A stretch of 64,000 bases of DNA from Phoronis australis (Eukaryota > Animalia > Phoronida). Made by a program: the position numbers and the translations under genes. This document shows positions 11,223 to 25,087 of this stretch, in pieces. Positions within the stretch are counted from its first letter, which is position 1. Every line of letters starts with the position of its first letter. The notes under the pieces were generated by a model. That model was not told the DNA's origin. It ran no database searches and saw nothing but the letters and a program-made list of their open reading frames with translations. The stretch lies in NCBI GenBank assembly GCA_002633005.1, contig NMRA01000039.1, positions 1,243,095 through 1,307,094 on the forward strand. Direction: 5' to 3'.

Positions 11223-13939
11223 CTAACGTACTTAATTTGCCATCGCCGACAATGTCGTCGATAGAAAATCGTTTCGTGCGCACTGGTTCACGATAGTTGT
11301 CAGAGAATACCAATTATGTTTGTTTAATTCAAAAGCAGACGTCATGTAACGCATTGTCATATCGTCTGCGCGTCATGCCGATTATTTGTCATGACTGAAG
11401 TCAAAATTATAACAAATGAATACTATGCCAAAGCGGAAAAAGTTCCAGAACAGATATTTTATATGCAATATTTAAAAACAGGCCGAAACATTATTTTTAC
11501 TCTGCAGGACCTAAAATAAATACCTCAAAAACAGAATTTTCACTTATGCAAGAATGAAAAACAGTCTAAAACATTATTTTCACTCTGCAAAACCAAAACA
11601 AAAACAACTTAAGACCAAAATTTATCACGTCAGGACTGAAAATGAAACGCCTCATGACCAAAATTTAAGACGCCAAGATTTAAAAGTTAATACGTCAGGA
11701 CCGAAACTTCATCACGCCAGGGCCGAAAAATTTTCGCGACAAAAACCTGTGTGCACGGACTTGAAAAGCGTCTGTATTTTGAAGCCACTTAGCCCGAGAA
11801 CTGAGTTGTCAAAAATGAAGACTTCCGATTTTTTGCGGAATGTTAATTATGAAAGACTTCAAATGAAAGTTCTTAGGCTAAAAGGCCTAAAAGAAAGTCC
11901 CAGGCACGTTTTCATCAGAATGAATAAACAGCTAGTAATTGCAAGTTCATGGCTATAATTTTCGCATTTGTGAAAGTTATGGCGATATCCGTTGCAAAAC
12001 GATTTTTAGAATAAACACGATCACATGACTACAAACGTTCAGGTACTATTTCTATGTGTGTAATTTGTTTTTTTTTTCATCAAATGAAGGATTTAAAAGC
12101 GCCTACAAAGCATGTTCTGGTGTAAAAAACATTACATTTCTCCACAAGCCTGAGCGTATTTGCCTTTCCAAAGCAACGTCATGGTGTTCTTATCCTTAGT
12201 TTGAATTGAAATTGTTTTCATTAAATTCGGGGATTCCCCTGACGACAATACTGCCTTGAGGGCGGAAACTAATCCGCTGTGACAAGCAAACGTAGTGGAC
12301 GTGGCCTAGAGCAAAAACGACCTGTCTGTTTTTCAGAAGCCTGGATTTCTAATTTGGGTAAATGATGAGACAGATTTTATTGCAGTAATTGGCTTAAATT
12401 ATTAGTGGGTTTTGATCAGAAGGCCCAGGTTTATTGCCCCTTTTTCATGGACAGGTACATAGTATTTTAAAAAAATGTCTGAAAATGTGACAGTTGGTAA
12501 CCAAGGTAGTCGGTTACCTTACACAATCGACTATTTCTTGGACAAGAATATCTGAAGATAAAGTTATCTGGTGGGGATTTGAAATACCTACATATACCCT
12601 GTCGTATTTTTCGCAGATGAAAAATTTGTCCTCTCCAATGCTCCTTTTTCATTCCTCCCTAATCCCGCCATGTGGCGTGACTGTTTTCACTCAGGCGGTT
12701 GCCGAATGGAAGCGTTATCAAAACAGTGTGTCCCTAGTCACACAGGCGGATCATGCCTTCAGGAGGGATAGAAGGCAGCAATTTATTGGTTAAAGTTTAA
12801 ATACATCTTGGGTGTTCCCAGTTTTCTATCCAATGAGGACTGAGACACCAGACTCTGTATTAACTTATTGTTTTTGAAATTAGTGCCTATTGGGTATTAT
12901 TTCTGACTTAACCATTTCTTCATGAGCTAATTATCAATTCAAGGAAAAACCAGGAAGCGTGTTAACTTTGTAGTGGTTGTTGTAGTAACATTTGAAAGGT
13001 TATAGGAGATGTTCTTTCATGAAATATTGTGTGTTTGTTTGATTTGAAGACTAGATTGAAGCTGAATTTGAGCTTAATTGGTGTTACATAACACTACTGT
13101 CGCCACTTAATCATCTGCTAGTGTGCTCCTGTTTATTTTATTAGAACCGACCAGAAACAATAGCAGAATGTCCAATTACTGGGAACATTCTACTCTGTCA
13201 CTAGCACTGTGCATACACTCACTTGAAATTACTGCCTTGGTATTGTAGGGACATCATCTCTGCTGCTCAGTCTCTCACAGTTCTTGAAGTTTTTACTGGA
13301 GGATAGTGTTGATACTGATGACACTGGTCACATTTAGATATAGACTTCAGTGATTATGGATATGATAGTGTGGATACTGATGGCACTGAGTGGTCAGATT
13401 TATATACAGATTCCAGTGATCTAGATTATGACGGGGATATGACACATGGAAATCTTTCCTGACAAATGTCTGTTTCTGGAAAACAAGAAGTAAAACTACT
13501 TGTACAACCCTTTATCAGTGGATAAAATTTATATCAACACGAAGTTTTAATTATGTGCAGTGCTTCTGACCTAGTTCTGAGTGACATACCCTCCGACTTC
13601 AAGGGGGTAGACATTCCACAGCACAACCAGGCCATTAAGGTGTTTATACCATATTGCTGAATAGTACAACTGGAATCTTCCAGTAGGCCTACTCGCCGAA
13701 ATGTCACACTAAGTTGGTTCTGGGAGCTCTTTACCTAAATATGGCACAGCTACGATAGATACGACGAAATGGAGGAAACCGCATAGGTCGGCGGCAACGG
13801 AAAGCACCCCTGTTTGAGTCACCGGCTACTGAGCTCGTCCTGCTGATTGGTATTCATTATGTTAATTACCCCTATGCAATTGCAGCCACACTTTACACCC
13901 AGAACTGTGTAAGGACAATTGCTGTCATTGGTTTTGCAG

Positions 13940-14028
13940 GCGAGTACAAAAGTCTATGCAAAGACTACGACTCCTTGATTGTCGAAATGGAGCGGATGCA
14001 AGCTCGAGTGAGATCCCTATCGGCCGAG
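13940..14028 (+). CDS. Uncharacterised protein, coiled-coil-like exon (3' end of gene unresolved)
   Basis: TTTTGCAG acceptor, GAG|GTAAGC donor; EYKSLCKDYDSLIVEMERMQARVRSLSAE. A possible terminal exon at 14538-14552 reads IRIN*. Confidence 0.6.
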
Positions 14029-17000
14029 GTAAGCGGGAAGGCGTTGACAAAAACTGATTTGCTCGCGAGATAATATCAAGCTCATTTTTTTCCATTATTC
14101 AGTGAAACGAATGAAAACTGTTCTCTCTCGCCCGAAACCTAGCGAAACACAAAAGGCCGCGTCCTAGGCAAAAATGGCTAACTACTACTTACTAGGTATT
14201 TACTAGGTACTTACTAGGTCCACCAATAGAACTTACGAGCCTATAGATAGAGATTATTATTACTCTGTCGATAGAGAAAGAAAGACACTTCATCCAGAGA
14301 AAAAAATCTACGGAAAAGAAAACCTCAAGCTGTCATTTTTGAGCCACCATAATGATGACTACCACGATGTAAAGAACAGTTTCAGTCGCTTGCCGTGTTT
14401 ACAAAATTTCGCCTTGTCGTCGTCAAGTGATGGTTTTGATCTCGGTTTACACCAGTATAGTACGTTCACCATGCACACTGTTTAGGAGCATTAACCTGGT
14501 ATGCGTTCGAAGCGGTTATGCTTGATGATCCGAACAGATACGGATCAACTGAGAAGGAAATGTGAATATCTTCATCCACACAGTGTATCATTTGCGAGAA
14601 GGAACGCGCTGGAGCTTGCGCAGTCTCACATTCTGAACAAGCCAAGAACGCACTCCTGTGCGTGTGAGATGTTTTCAGTGAACTGTGCCGGAAAAGGTTT
14701 CAGAAAATGTAAGCAACGCTTTGGAATCATAATGGCTCTAATCTCAACAACTCACCACTGGTTTTTCGTTCGGCGATGTACCTATGTTTTGGGGTCTTAA
14801 TGTATATTTTTCATGTGGCCTGCCCACGTGACGCGGTCAAAGGCTTGGGCACACACATTTTGGTCAGATACTGTGTTCAAGTTAAAACGTTCGTGTAGCA
14901 GGAATTGATATCGCGTGCACAGAAGGACTGATTATTCAAAGTCTTAGACAATGTTTTGTTCAACGATGCTCACATTAGATAAAACGCCCATCTGGTGTCA
15001 GCCCGGCAACTAAAATGCGTTACGCTGAAACTCACGAAATCGCACCGCTTTATTTTAGTGAAAATTTCAAAATAATAGGAAGAATTTAAGATAGATTTTT
15101 AGTTTGCTGGCGAAGATGTTTGACACCGAGGGTCATTTTATATAAACTCCGGACGTTTGAGAGTAAAAACGCGCGTGATTTACAAAAATTCCTTTCCTTT
15201 GTTATATTCTACTAATTGAAACTCATGGAAAAAACTGATTCGCGCTCATTCCAGAGCAGAGATTTACGTGATGCTTTACTATTTTGCCACCTTGTGACTT
15301 AAAATGTGTGCATTTCGTTTGCTGTAAATAGATCGATTTCACACAATCCATTGCGCAGATAACTTCATACGCTATTCGCATGTCAGTGTACGCATATGCG
15401 CAAGTGGGTTCCACAAAATGAAGGTTGTAAGCAAGTTTTGTGACATGGCGGCGAATGTCTTTTGGTTTCTATCAAATGCTTCTGAAGGAGCGTACTCGTA
15501 ACTATATTATCTTCATTAAGTACACGCCAACCCCAAACTGATAAGATGACAGTTATATTCTTGCAGAATAAACGGTGGGGGGGGGGGAGGGGGCAGGTCT
15601 ACGACTGCCATTTAGAGAATGGATCAAATGTAACATTTATTTGACCATTACAAAAAAGTTGCCAGAAAACGCAACACAAATTCATGCACACTGCTTGGAT
15701 TTTCTCGTGCACTTGCACACATTTGCGCATGCGAAAGCAACACACTTTAGATAAATGCCCCGTCATACCGGTGAGAAGTACACTTCTTTCCCCCCTCAAG
15801 GGATTGGAAAGTCAGAACTTGCCGGAAGCGGGACCAGCCAGGCATTCTCCTAAGCCTCATTTTGTCAAAAAAAAACCCCGTATTTTTGATTTAGCCTACT
15901 TTGCGTTATAAAACTGACCTCAAATCGTTCTTTACTAATAATTGCTGGGGTTTGCAAGAACTGTTATTATTCGCGATAACAACAAGTACGTCTTCTTATG
16001 TAGAGGTTTCGCAAAGCGACGTGAACGCGAATCATCACGCATTTATAATACCGTGTAATACATGCCCTTCTTGGCTGTGACGTAATTCCTAAAGTGTTTG
16101 AATATTTTACTCGAATACAGAGCTATTCGCGTCGCTTTAAACGCGAAATCTGTGGCCTCTTCTTATTTTTTATTTGGTGAGACATCGAAAAAATTATTTT
16201 GATAGTGTTCTCAATCTTTTTTCTTTTCTTTAGTATACAACGAACACGATTCTTTCGTTTGTAAATGTTCTTAAAATTTAGTTGCAAGAAAACACTTTTT
16301 GCCTAAATACTTATTCTGCCGACGTTCGCAAGATATCATCGAACTAGAATGGATTTTTACCAGACATGATTTTTGACATGCTTAATTTACATGCATCTGT
16401 TTATTTTAAACTGCAAATAAGTTCACATTCTAAGAGGCGACCATTTTTCGAAGGACGGGAGTTCGGGAGGAACTACTTGTTCACATTCAACATATCGTTC
16501 TATATCTAGCGGATATGTACAGCGATGACTACGACAACTGGACACCTTGAGCTCAGTTATTCAGTTCACGTTTACTTTCACGTTCACGTAAACATTTACC
16601 TGTTGCGAAACCCATTTTGGTTACTGTGGTGTGAATCGGCACGCCCAATTAAGTATGCGGCACAATTTCCAGTTCACATGACCTTGCAAACCTCTCTTAT
16701 AGGTATAGTCCTGTATTACACGTATTACACGTGTATTACACGTAGGACTACCCGATTACAAAATGCATTTGAAGTGCAGTCACAGAATACGCCACATAGC
16801 TCTATTTTAGTGGGCCCAGAATCAACGAAATGTTTGTAGCACAGTAAAAACGTACAGCCAAAGTCAACGATTTCGTATGAATTACAATTTCAATAGACGC
16901 ACTGAGCGCTTATGTTAACAGTTAAACGAATGTCATCCACAATGAAAGCACACCTCAATCTTGAAAGATACGAGTAGTGGAATTTTGGAGTCCTGGCTGG

Positions 17001-17518
17001 ATTTTCCACCACGCAAATAGTACTTTGAGCGCAGTCTAGTTGCGGTAGCAATCGTCTGTCGGTGACAACGCAAGTATTGAGGTAAGTCACGAGTAGCCAC
17101 GACAGGCTTGTCCTGTTCAACGTAGAACAACGCAGACAACCAACGTCATGAAGCAAGACTCTGATGGTCATTTCCTTCCTAACCCCAGTCACCAAGTGCA
17201 AGCAAGTTCGACCACACGCCACGCCAGCTGCTGTTTTAGGGAGCAAATGCACAACGGCCACATCCCGAAATACCATAGCGCCGCCTCTTTGAATGTGTGA
17301 TAGTTACCCACAATGCTGTAAAGTTTTACAGTGGCGCAGCGCTTGCGTGAGGGATGATGTGCCATTCTTTTCTGGTTCGCCTTTGTACAGACACTTTCAA
17401 AGCGGCTTAACTTTCCGAAATCTAGGCCAACCATACAATAGCGTTTCTACCTGTGGGGAATTCGGGATGCGCCCATTCAATATTCAGTGCGGTTGAGGCT
17501 TTGAGCTACAGCTGTCCG

Positions 17519-18514
17519 TTAAAAGTTTGTATCAGTGTTCTCTCCCATTTCGGTGGCTGTCAATATACTTCTTCTGATTGCATTTCGGCGGCAAGAGATA
17601 AGGTTTATGCAGGCTTGACGAAATTCGCGCGAGAATAAGACGTAGACAAAAGGGTAAAACATGATGGTCGACAAGCTTATGATCAGCGTTGAATTGAGGG
17701 CGACGAATATTGTCTCTCGTGTCGCCATTAGAGGAGCGAGTAAAGAAGGCAAGCGCAGCATCATCAGCAAGAACAACACGGCGGCCATTTTGACCGTTTT
17801 CACCTCACTGAAGTAGGCACGTAGTTTGCGCGCTTCGTCCTCAGATTCTGCGTCCTCGCCAACCGATAGGAGTGAGTGTTTCCTACGTCGGATGTCAAAG
17901 AATATATGAGCGAAACAGTAGACCATGAGAGTGACAGAGAGGGCGAGAAAGGTCACTGTCCACAAAAGTCGGTCGTACTTCCACTGTCCAGTGACAAAGC
18001 AGCTCATGCTCAAAGGGTCGAAGCCCGAGCGGACGTGAACGAAGAATGGGGTGAGGCACAGCAGCGGCAACACGTAGCACGCGGCCAGCATTACATAGAG
18101 CGCAGTACGTGAGTTGGTCGTGGGGTGCCCGTACCAGACAGTGGCGAAGTAACGCTCCAGTGCGATCATCGCCGTGTTGATCGCCGTGGATCCGTAAAAA
18201 AACATAGCGCTTACGGCGTTGAACGCACACAGCTTTGGGTGGAGGTGTTCCGACCAGTCTCCCAACAAAGTCGAGTGGATGTCAAACGGAATGACGGCGA
18301 CCAACGCGTAGAGGACGATCAAGCTCAGACTGCACGTGAGCACGTAGGTCGACTGGCATCGCAGACGCCTGCTGGAAACAACGGTGACGATGACGAGGAG
18401 ATTCCCGATCAACCCGAGGATGACTATGGCCACTTTGCAACCCCAAATCCAGTCAACGTTGGACGGTAGCACCGGCCCACTAGTTCCATTTGTATTAACA
18501 GTTGCAAGAGCCAT
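17519..18514 (-). CDS. Intronless class A (rhodopsin-like) orphan GPCR, 331 aa
   Basis: Seven hydrophobic segments, N-terminal NGT sequon, TM1 GN, TM3 Cys and MIALERY, ECL2 GFDPLSMSC, TM7 YPFVY, helix 8 FSREFRQA. ATG at 18514; the ORF track starts at an upstream GTG. Confidence 0.9.
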   Translation of the reverse strand: MALATVNTNGTSGPVLPSNVDWIWGCKVAIVILGLIGNLLVIVTVVSSRRLRCQSTYVLTCSLSLIVLYALVAVIPFDIHSTLLGDWSEHLHPKLCAFNAVSAMFFYGSTAINTAMIALERYFATVWYGHPTTNSRTALYVMLAACYVLPLLCLTPFFVHVRSGFDPLSMSCFVTGQWKYDRLLWTVTFLALSVTLMVYCFAHIFFDIRRRKHSLLSVGEDAESEDEARKLRAYFSEVKTVKMAAVLFLLMMLRLPSLLAPLMATRETIFVALNSTLIISLSTIMFYPFVYVLFSREFRQACINLISCRRNAIRRSILTATEMGENTDTNF

Positions 18515-21119
18515 CGCTTTCACCACCTACTGTCTTTAAATTTGCTCAGCGAGGTCGTCCAGTTCTCTTTTCCAATTTCTTATCCAATTGTCCGTTGGTT
18601 ATATTACAATTTGCCAGAGGCAACCGGATTTTGTTAAAAGCGCCAATTAGCACTTCAGATCATTAGTGGAAGAGTTCCGACAAAAGTGAGAATCCTACCT
18701 CGACTATAAAACATCTGGTTAGCCCGGCAACCCTTCTTCTCTTACAGCGTTATTGCCGGTTTTCTAAAGTCAGTTGCAACAAACTCGGGCGACTTTTCAC
18801 GTCCGACTGCGTCTGTGATATGCCAAGAACAGTTCATAGTTCTCGTCACTTCTGCCCGGGAAATGTTTTAAAAGACACATAAATTGCCCACTACGCCAAA
18901 TCGGTACTCCAGACTACAATTTTGTACGCCGCACGTCATATGTTTTTACAATCGGGGATATTGTTTCGGCCCGCCAGCCAAGTATATCACTCCACGGAAC
19001 TCGGCGTGTAGTTTGTCCTAGGGTGTCACGTGATCTATCGGGGAGTGTCTCAGTATTTACTAGTGTTTCGAGGATGTATTCTTATTATCCCTGAGCAGCA
19101 GGTGTTGCAAAACCATTTCCTGTTTATTTAACCATGTGATTGATTCGTCTTGAAATTTGTGCGCAGTACAAAACACCGCTGACAGTTAGCACCCTATTAG
19201 GGAAATTGCACTCGTGTTGATGACATAGTCTAGCAAAATACCAACAGTCGGTATATGAATAAATCAAATAGTCAAGATTGTTTTATATTGAATCGGTTTA
19301 ATATTGGTTTGCCTTTTTCAAAGGCCTCTGGGCGTTCTTTCCATAACTGGACCTAATCCCTTATCGTTCACGTCAGTTAACACCCTGCGCTTTTTGCTAC
19401 GGACCTTGTCCACAATAGGCTGACTCAGTTATAGTTCCGATCTGTGATAGCTGGCCTTATCAACGGCATTAACTTGACAAGAAAACGACGGACGCCTAGT
19501 TATTTGCTGCGCCTCGGCACTAATGTTTATAGTCTAAGTTCCAACGTAGACACGACACACTACGTCTTCATTATTTGTTGAGATAATATTGTCCTGTCGT
19601 TTACGTACCGCCAATGTTTGAGCAGTGTCATTCTCAACTACAGAATAATTGTATCAATAGTAATTCCTATTCTCGCATTTCCAATTCACAAGTGTATGCG
19701 CGAATGATATTTAATACGAAAACACAGAATATGAACCTTCTACACATGGCAGTTGGTGCCGAAGCTCCATACGTCTTCGACCAAGGATCGAGTTCGTTTC
19801 ATGTCAGTGGGACCTTAGCGATGAGTTCAGTGGTGTATTTAGCCGAATATATCAGTAAAAGTATACATTTTCTAAAAGAATAAAACCTTTAATAATTTGA
19901 CGCTGAGAACCGTAGTGCAGTACAGTAGGAGAAAGAAGTAGCAGTCATGAAAAACAACTTTAATCAGTGTAAAATGAGAACACGCGTGCGGTTCATGAGT
20001 GAAGAAAAATGGTCACCTTCATACGACAACAGCCAACTTAGCTTATACGCTTATGAAACCGATTTTACAAGAGTAAAGGACGTAATTCGATTTTCGTTTT
20101 TTACCCAGCTAAACAAGGCGAAATACTTCTCAGTTTAAACAACAAAATCAAAATGATTTCCATGCCAACTAAGAGGTTTTTTATTGGCGTCGCTGTCTGT
20201 TTCATGAAAAGGAACTTTTAACTTTCTCTACTTACTGAACATATAAATTGTGTTAAGATTGTGACGTCTCAGTTGGCTTATCCTTTTAAGTGATAGTGCC
20301 AAGACTCGGCCAACTTTTGTCTTCTCGACGTGTTATGTTATTTTTATGAAACAGAACTCTGATCAAAGCTAATAACTCCAAAAAAATAATAAGAAATAAA
20401 ATAAAAATAAAAATAATCCCCAAAATGTGTTTTTCGACTGTAAAAATCGGACGTGACACATACAGTATTAGTGATATAAAGGATTTGAAGGGAACCTTGA
20501 GTCTCGCTTGTGTCCGGCTACTCGAGTCTTTTGATTGGAATGCATATGCATTATATTATAATTTGTACTTTTTCTAAAAATCTTATTTTGAATGAGACAA
20601 GTTTATTACCATGTCGAAACGCAAGAAACGCAGAGAACATTGAAAACAAAAAAGACGTAATTAGCTCAGGACGAAATTCGTGATAGAGAGGAGACTTTCA
20701 CTAGTTGTGGGGCAAAATTGGTGGTAGTGTGGGTGTAAGACAAAAGTGATGGCGACCGGAACAGGTATTCAAGACCTTTAAGCGTAGAGAGTTCTGTGTT
20801 TTCGTGTCTAATGAACAAAAAAGTCTAGCGGCGCCCCTCATACACGTTGTTTGTGAAAATTAGTAAAGTTCCCTAAGATGTTCCTCTTTAACTTAAATTT
20901 GTTGCAGCAGCACAAGTAACGCCACCTTCTGGTAGGATCCCAGTTAATCGGTGAAAATATGGATGTCTGGAATGTCAGTGCGTCGTCTGGCGATGTTAGA
21001 AAACGTAAAACTGCCAACTGCAGTTTCATTAAAACGACGTTCTTTATTTCGCTTGCCTGAAGATAAGAAGATGTATAATTATAGAATCCTTCGGAGTACA
21101 ACTGATGGTCTTGCAAAGA

Positions 21120-21185
21120 CACGGGCGGCGCAGCACTGAAAAAGTGTGGGGGTTGGGCTACAGCCCCTATGGCGCGCCGCCCATG
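21120..21185 (-). mobile_element. MITE family C, 66-bp mini-element with 5-bp TSD
   Basis: CACGGGCGGCGC...GCGCCGCCCATG with TSD AAAGA at 21115-21119 and 21186-21190. Sister copies at 40820-40880 and 41033-41112. Confidence 0.75.
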
Positions 21186-22131
21186 AAAGAGCGAAGCTAG
21201 ATTTGACCAGTGTCTCTTTAAATCTTCTTTCAAAAACCGAACTTTTGTTTTATCTCACTCACCGTCATAAAACGGGACTCAGCTTGTCTTCCTCTCTATG
21301 ATGAGAGGTGATTACTGGAAGAATTGACCTTGGTCGAGGTCTAACCACCGGCGAGTCATTTTATCTGCCAACTGTGGCCCCGAGCAATTTATAACGATTT
21401 GCCACTTCTTCTCTGCCCGGTTTTTAGTTAGCGGGAGGGGGGAGGGCAGAGTATTAGGCAGGATTTTTTGCATCCGACATTTGCACCCCCGAACTGCCAA
21501 ATGTAATCTGGGAGAGTTTTAGGGGGGGGAGATGGCCCCCCCTTCTAAATCCACACCTGCAAATAGCCACTCAACTAAGTTCCATAAATCTTTTGCGTAT
21601 TTGTTTCGCTCTATAGTCACAGGCTGTAGTATTTTTCTTCTATCATTTTATCATTATTATCTTATTTAACTAATGACATTTTCTAATAAAATAACTGAAA
21701 ACTAAGCCCTTAATTCAGTTAAAATATTTAGGGACATAGTCCTTAAAAAAGGTTCGTTGCATGAAAATATCCTTTCTTATTTTTAATAGTATTCAGAATT
21801 CAACGTAGAGTTTAATTTCGATTTTGTGTCAGAGTAAAAAATTGACTTGGTAATGAGACTCAAACAGCGTAAGAAAGGACAATGAGTGTTTTCACAAGGT
21901 CACTAATACGCTGTAGATTTAGGTAACTTAGTTGAGTCCCTAATTGGGACTGTTTCAAGTAACCGCCCACTCAAGCCCTGAAATCACTTTTCATCATCTA
22001 AGTAAAGAACAAGTTCAGATCAATTTTATGACGACATGTAAGCTAAACGAAAGATTTTCCACAAAAGGAAGGTTTATAGCACATTTAATTGCTACACACA
22101 CGGTGTCTTGTTGCAGCTAGAGGACGGTAAA

Positions 22132-22251
22132 ATGGGAAAGAGACGCCGTCGACAAGCCAAGAAACAACGCCAACGATCTCTTAACTGTTCTGCTCAGACT
22201 GACGATGATAACGCAGCCGAAACGTCCTTGACATGCGAAGGCACTGAACAG
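22132..22251 (+). CDS. Putative small protein, exon with basic NLS-like N-terminus
   Basis: Acceptor TTGTTGCAG ending at 22116, then ATG; MGKRRRRQAKKQRQRSLNCSAQTDDDNAAETSLTCEGTEQ; phase-0 donor CAG|GTGGGC. Confidence 0.4.
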
Positions 22252-22444
22252 GTGGGCGCCAAATGATCAACAAGCAGATTCCAATGGCTTGTTCCAGAAG
22301 ACGAGTGAACGTTACATTTTAGCCTCGTATAACGTTCCACGCATTGGTTTGATCATTTGCAGTAAACATTCAGGCTTCTGACGTATTGTAGAAAATTGTA
22401 ATGTTTAGATCTCTAGCTTATTTGTGTACTTCTAAGTGGGCCAC

Positions 22445-22614
22445 CAGGGGCGAATCCGGGATTTTTAGTTAGTGTGGGGGGAGCAGGGCAGAGTATTAGC
22501 CAGGATTTTGCCCAATCAGACATTCGCACCCCCGAACTGCCAAACAGAATCTGGTAGAGTTTTAGGGGGGAGGGAGGACATTGCCCCCTTGGTCCCCCTC
22601 TAAATCCGCCATTG
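22445..22614 (+). mobile_element. MITE family A copy
   Basis: CAGGGGCGAATCC...AAATCCGCCATTG, perfect TSD GCCAC. Confidence 0.8.
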
Positions 22615-24672
22615 GCCACTGATAGGGTTGAAACAGCTCACAGCTTTTCGGTTTCGGCTTTTGGCTCGCGGTTGCTGTTTTTTGGTTTGTTTTTCCTCCT
22701 ACATTTAAAAAAACATCAAAGCTATCCAGAAAATTGATGTATGATGGGCACAAAGTATTATAATTGGTGCTGGTTAGCACCCGATTTATTTTGAAACCTG
22801 CTCTCACTGTTCAAAGAAAAAGGCTCCCGGTCGCATCGATTTTAACGAAGTGGTTTTCAGACGCGGCCGGTGTCGCCGTTCCTCTGTCGACCGACGTACA
22901 GCCAGGCCACCCCCAAAACAATCTGCGATCTGCGTCACCGAATCACTGAAGCTGGAAAAAACATCGCACCACTTCAGCTCATACAAAGTGACTTTTTGAA
23001 AAATGCACAACTAAAAACACTGGATCACTGCCTCAACGTTCTCCATAAACACAAACCAAAACAAATTATACTATTTTTGGCCTTACCTGTCACAAAACCA
23101 AGTGATAACATGGTTATATTGGAAATACCTTCCTATGGATATGTGTAACCTGTTTTGAAAAGTAAAAATAACTATTTTAAGCTTAACTTCCTCATATATT
23201 TACGTCTTTTTCTCGCTATAAAATGCTGTTAATCTTCAAGTTCAGCTATTTCGACGCTAAACAATCTTGCCACTTCCGGTTGATCGTGGTGAGCTGTTTC
23301 AGCCCCGTTGACGAGGGACTTGAGGAGCGTGACAGAAATTAAAAGGTGTCACGGGTAACCATCAGGGTCACGAGTATCAATAGAATGATGGGAAGGGGGT
23401 TAATGATGTTTAGAAAAGACATTGACTTTGTGAAATATACCTCGGAATGCCCCATTAACTATACGAGGAAGACAATATTATACCACCCACTAGATATCAC
23501 CGAGTCTTGCTAATAAAATATTTTCATTANAAAGACATTAGCATAAGAATAACTGAACATTTGCAACTAAATAAGAATAACAATAAGCGTAAAGTTACGA
23601 ACGTCCCGTCACAATTACGAAAGTCGTAAACGATTATCTTAACATGGCCGGAGCAACTGCGTCTAAACAAAAGTTTGGCTCGAAGAAAACCTTCTGCCGA
23701 ACTGGAAAACACGTTAGCACGGCAACTGCCTGTTACCATTTATACACAATTTACAAAACGTACCCAGAGTAGCGTACATGAAGTAACATCCCAAGAGACA
23801 TTATTCCGCGTATAGACCGAGACCGCGTAATGTCTCGTGGGATATTGCTTCATGTATGCCAATCGACTCGAGGTACGTTTTGTATTTATCCCATATGCTT
23901 CGATTTCCTGTGTTTCTTTCATTTTTTCAATGAAACAGTTTTAAATGTAACGATTTATTACTTGTAAAGAGATAACAAAGATGAAAACAACGGCAACTGT
24001 GCATTAAACTTGATGTAACATCTTCGGAAAATAGGTCAATAACAACAATACTTGATATTTTAGTTACCGAGGAATTGACGCCTGAGTTGCTGACGAAATA
24101 ATATTTAGCAATTGAAAACTGAAACAGGATTGTCCTATAATTAACAGTCTTGTTCCAGATGTTGCGATTGGGACCTGATTGCATGTTGAGTGTTATTTAC
24201 ACTGCTGAAATTGTATTACTTTAAACTATTTTCTGAAAGTTTGATGATCGAACCGGCTAACACCGTCGAGTCGACATAGATCTACCTTTCCATGTCAGAG
24301 GTCAGTGTTGAAGTAGTGCGGGAGGTGAATACGGAAAACATTATTACATGGCCGTATTGCACTCGACTGATTCAACGTATGGGACAAAGTTTCATTTCCC
24401 TAGCTACAACTTTGAGCTCGACATGTATAGGCTGACCATCAATAAATTGCATTCTGCCGGAAAGCGTTTGACCCAAACTCTTAAAGTGGTTATACCTTAT
24501 TAATCCGTGAATGAACAAATTTAATTTGCTAACAAACGACCCGAGTGCTCATGTCGGTAAATTGTTGAGAAACTCGAGAACGCAGGTCACCAATTTTTTA
24601 TTCCTTGTTGTGGGAACATGTTGGTAACTAAATCAAGTTTCAAATTGTGAAAGCTGAAGAGTATGACTATTG

Positions 24673-24720
24673 ACACACGCACACGCACACGCACACGCAC
24701 ACACACACACACACACACAC
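24673..24720. repeat. (CACACG)n/(CA)n microsatellite
   Basis: Directly visible. Confidence 0.95.
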
Positions 24721-25087
24721 AACATTCGCTCGCACAAACAAAAACATATTTCGAAACTAGATACCAAATGTGACATTAGCTAATAATCCAAACAAGCAGA
24801 AGATGTCTTCTATTGAATTGTTCTTATTCACAATTTTCTACATAAATACACTTTTCGAAGTGAAAGTATTGTAACAATTCCTTCCTATAAAGTTAAAGTG
24901 AATGAGTAACTTTCTGAGTCTCACCTGTTGGTGTGTACATAATTCTAATGATGGGTTTTCAAATTTTGTTCCATTAAAACACAGTGCAAAGTAGGCCATA
25001 AAGTGTTCTTGGTACAATATTTTCCAATACGCCAAACCACCTCACACCATAATCCCATCAATTCAGACAGTTTCTGAAACTACAGCA

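Noticed and set aside
11554-11958. 134-aa ORF as a gene
   Set aside because: It overlies degenerate short tandem repeats inside an intron and has no recognisable domain.
12467-13780. Possible decayed transposon ORF on the minus strand
   Set aside because: Some protein-like stretches are present, but I found no diagnostic motif, TIR or TSD.
16890-17496. Overlapping ORFs downstream of the GPCR
   Set aside because: No motifs or convincing splice structure; probably 3' UTR or intergenic sequence.
17876-18469. Antisense and alternate-frame ORFs over the GPCR (and 34696-35118 over Sp5)
   Set aside because: These are expected shadows of GC-rich coding sequence.
17519-18514. Opsin assignment for the GPCR
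   Set aside because: Position 7.43 is Leu, not the retinal-binding Lys.
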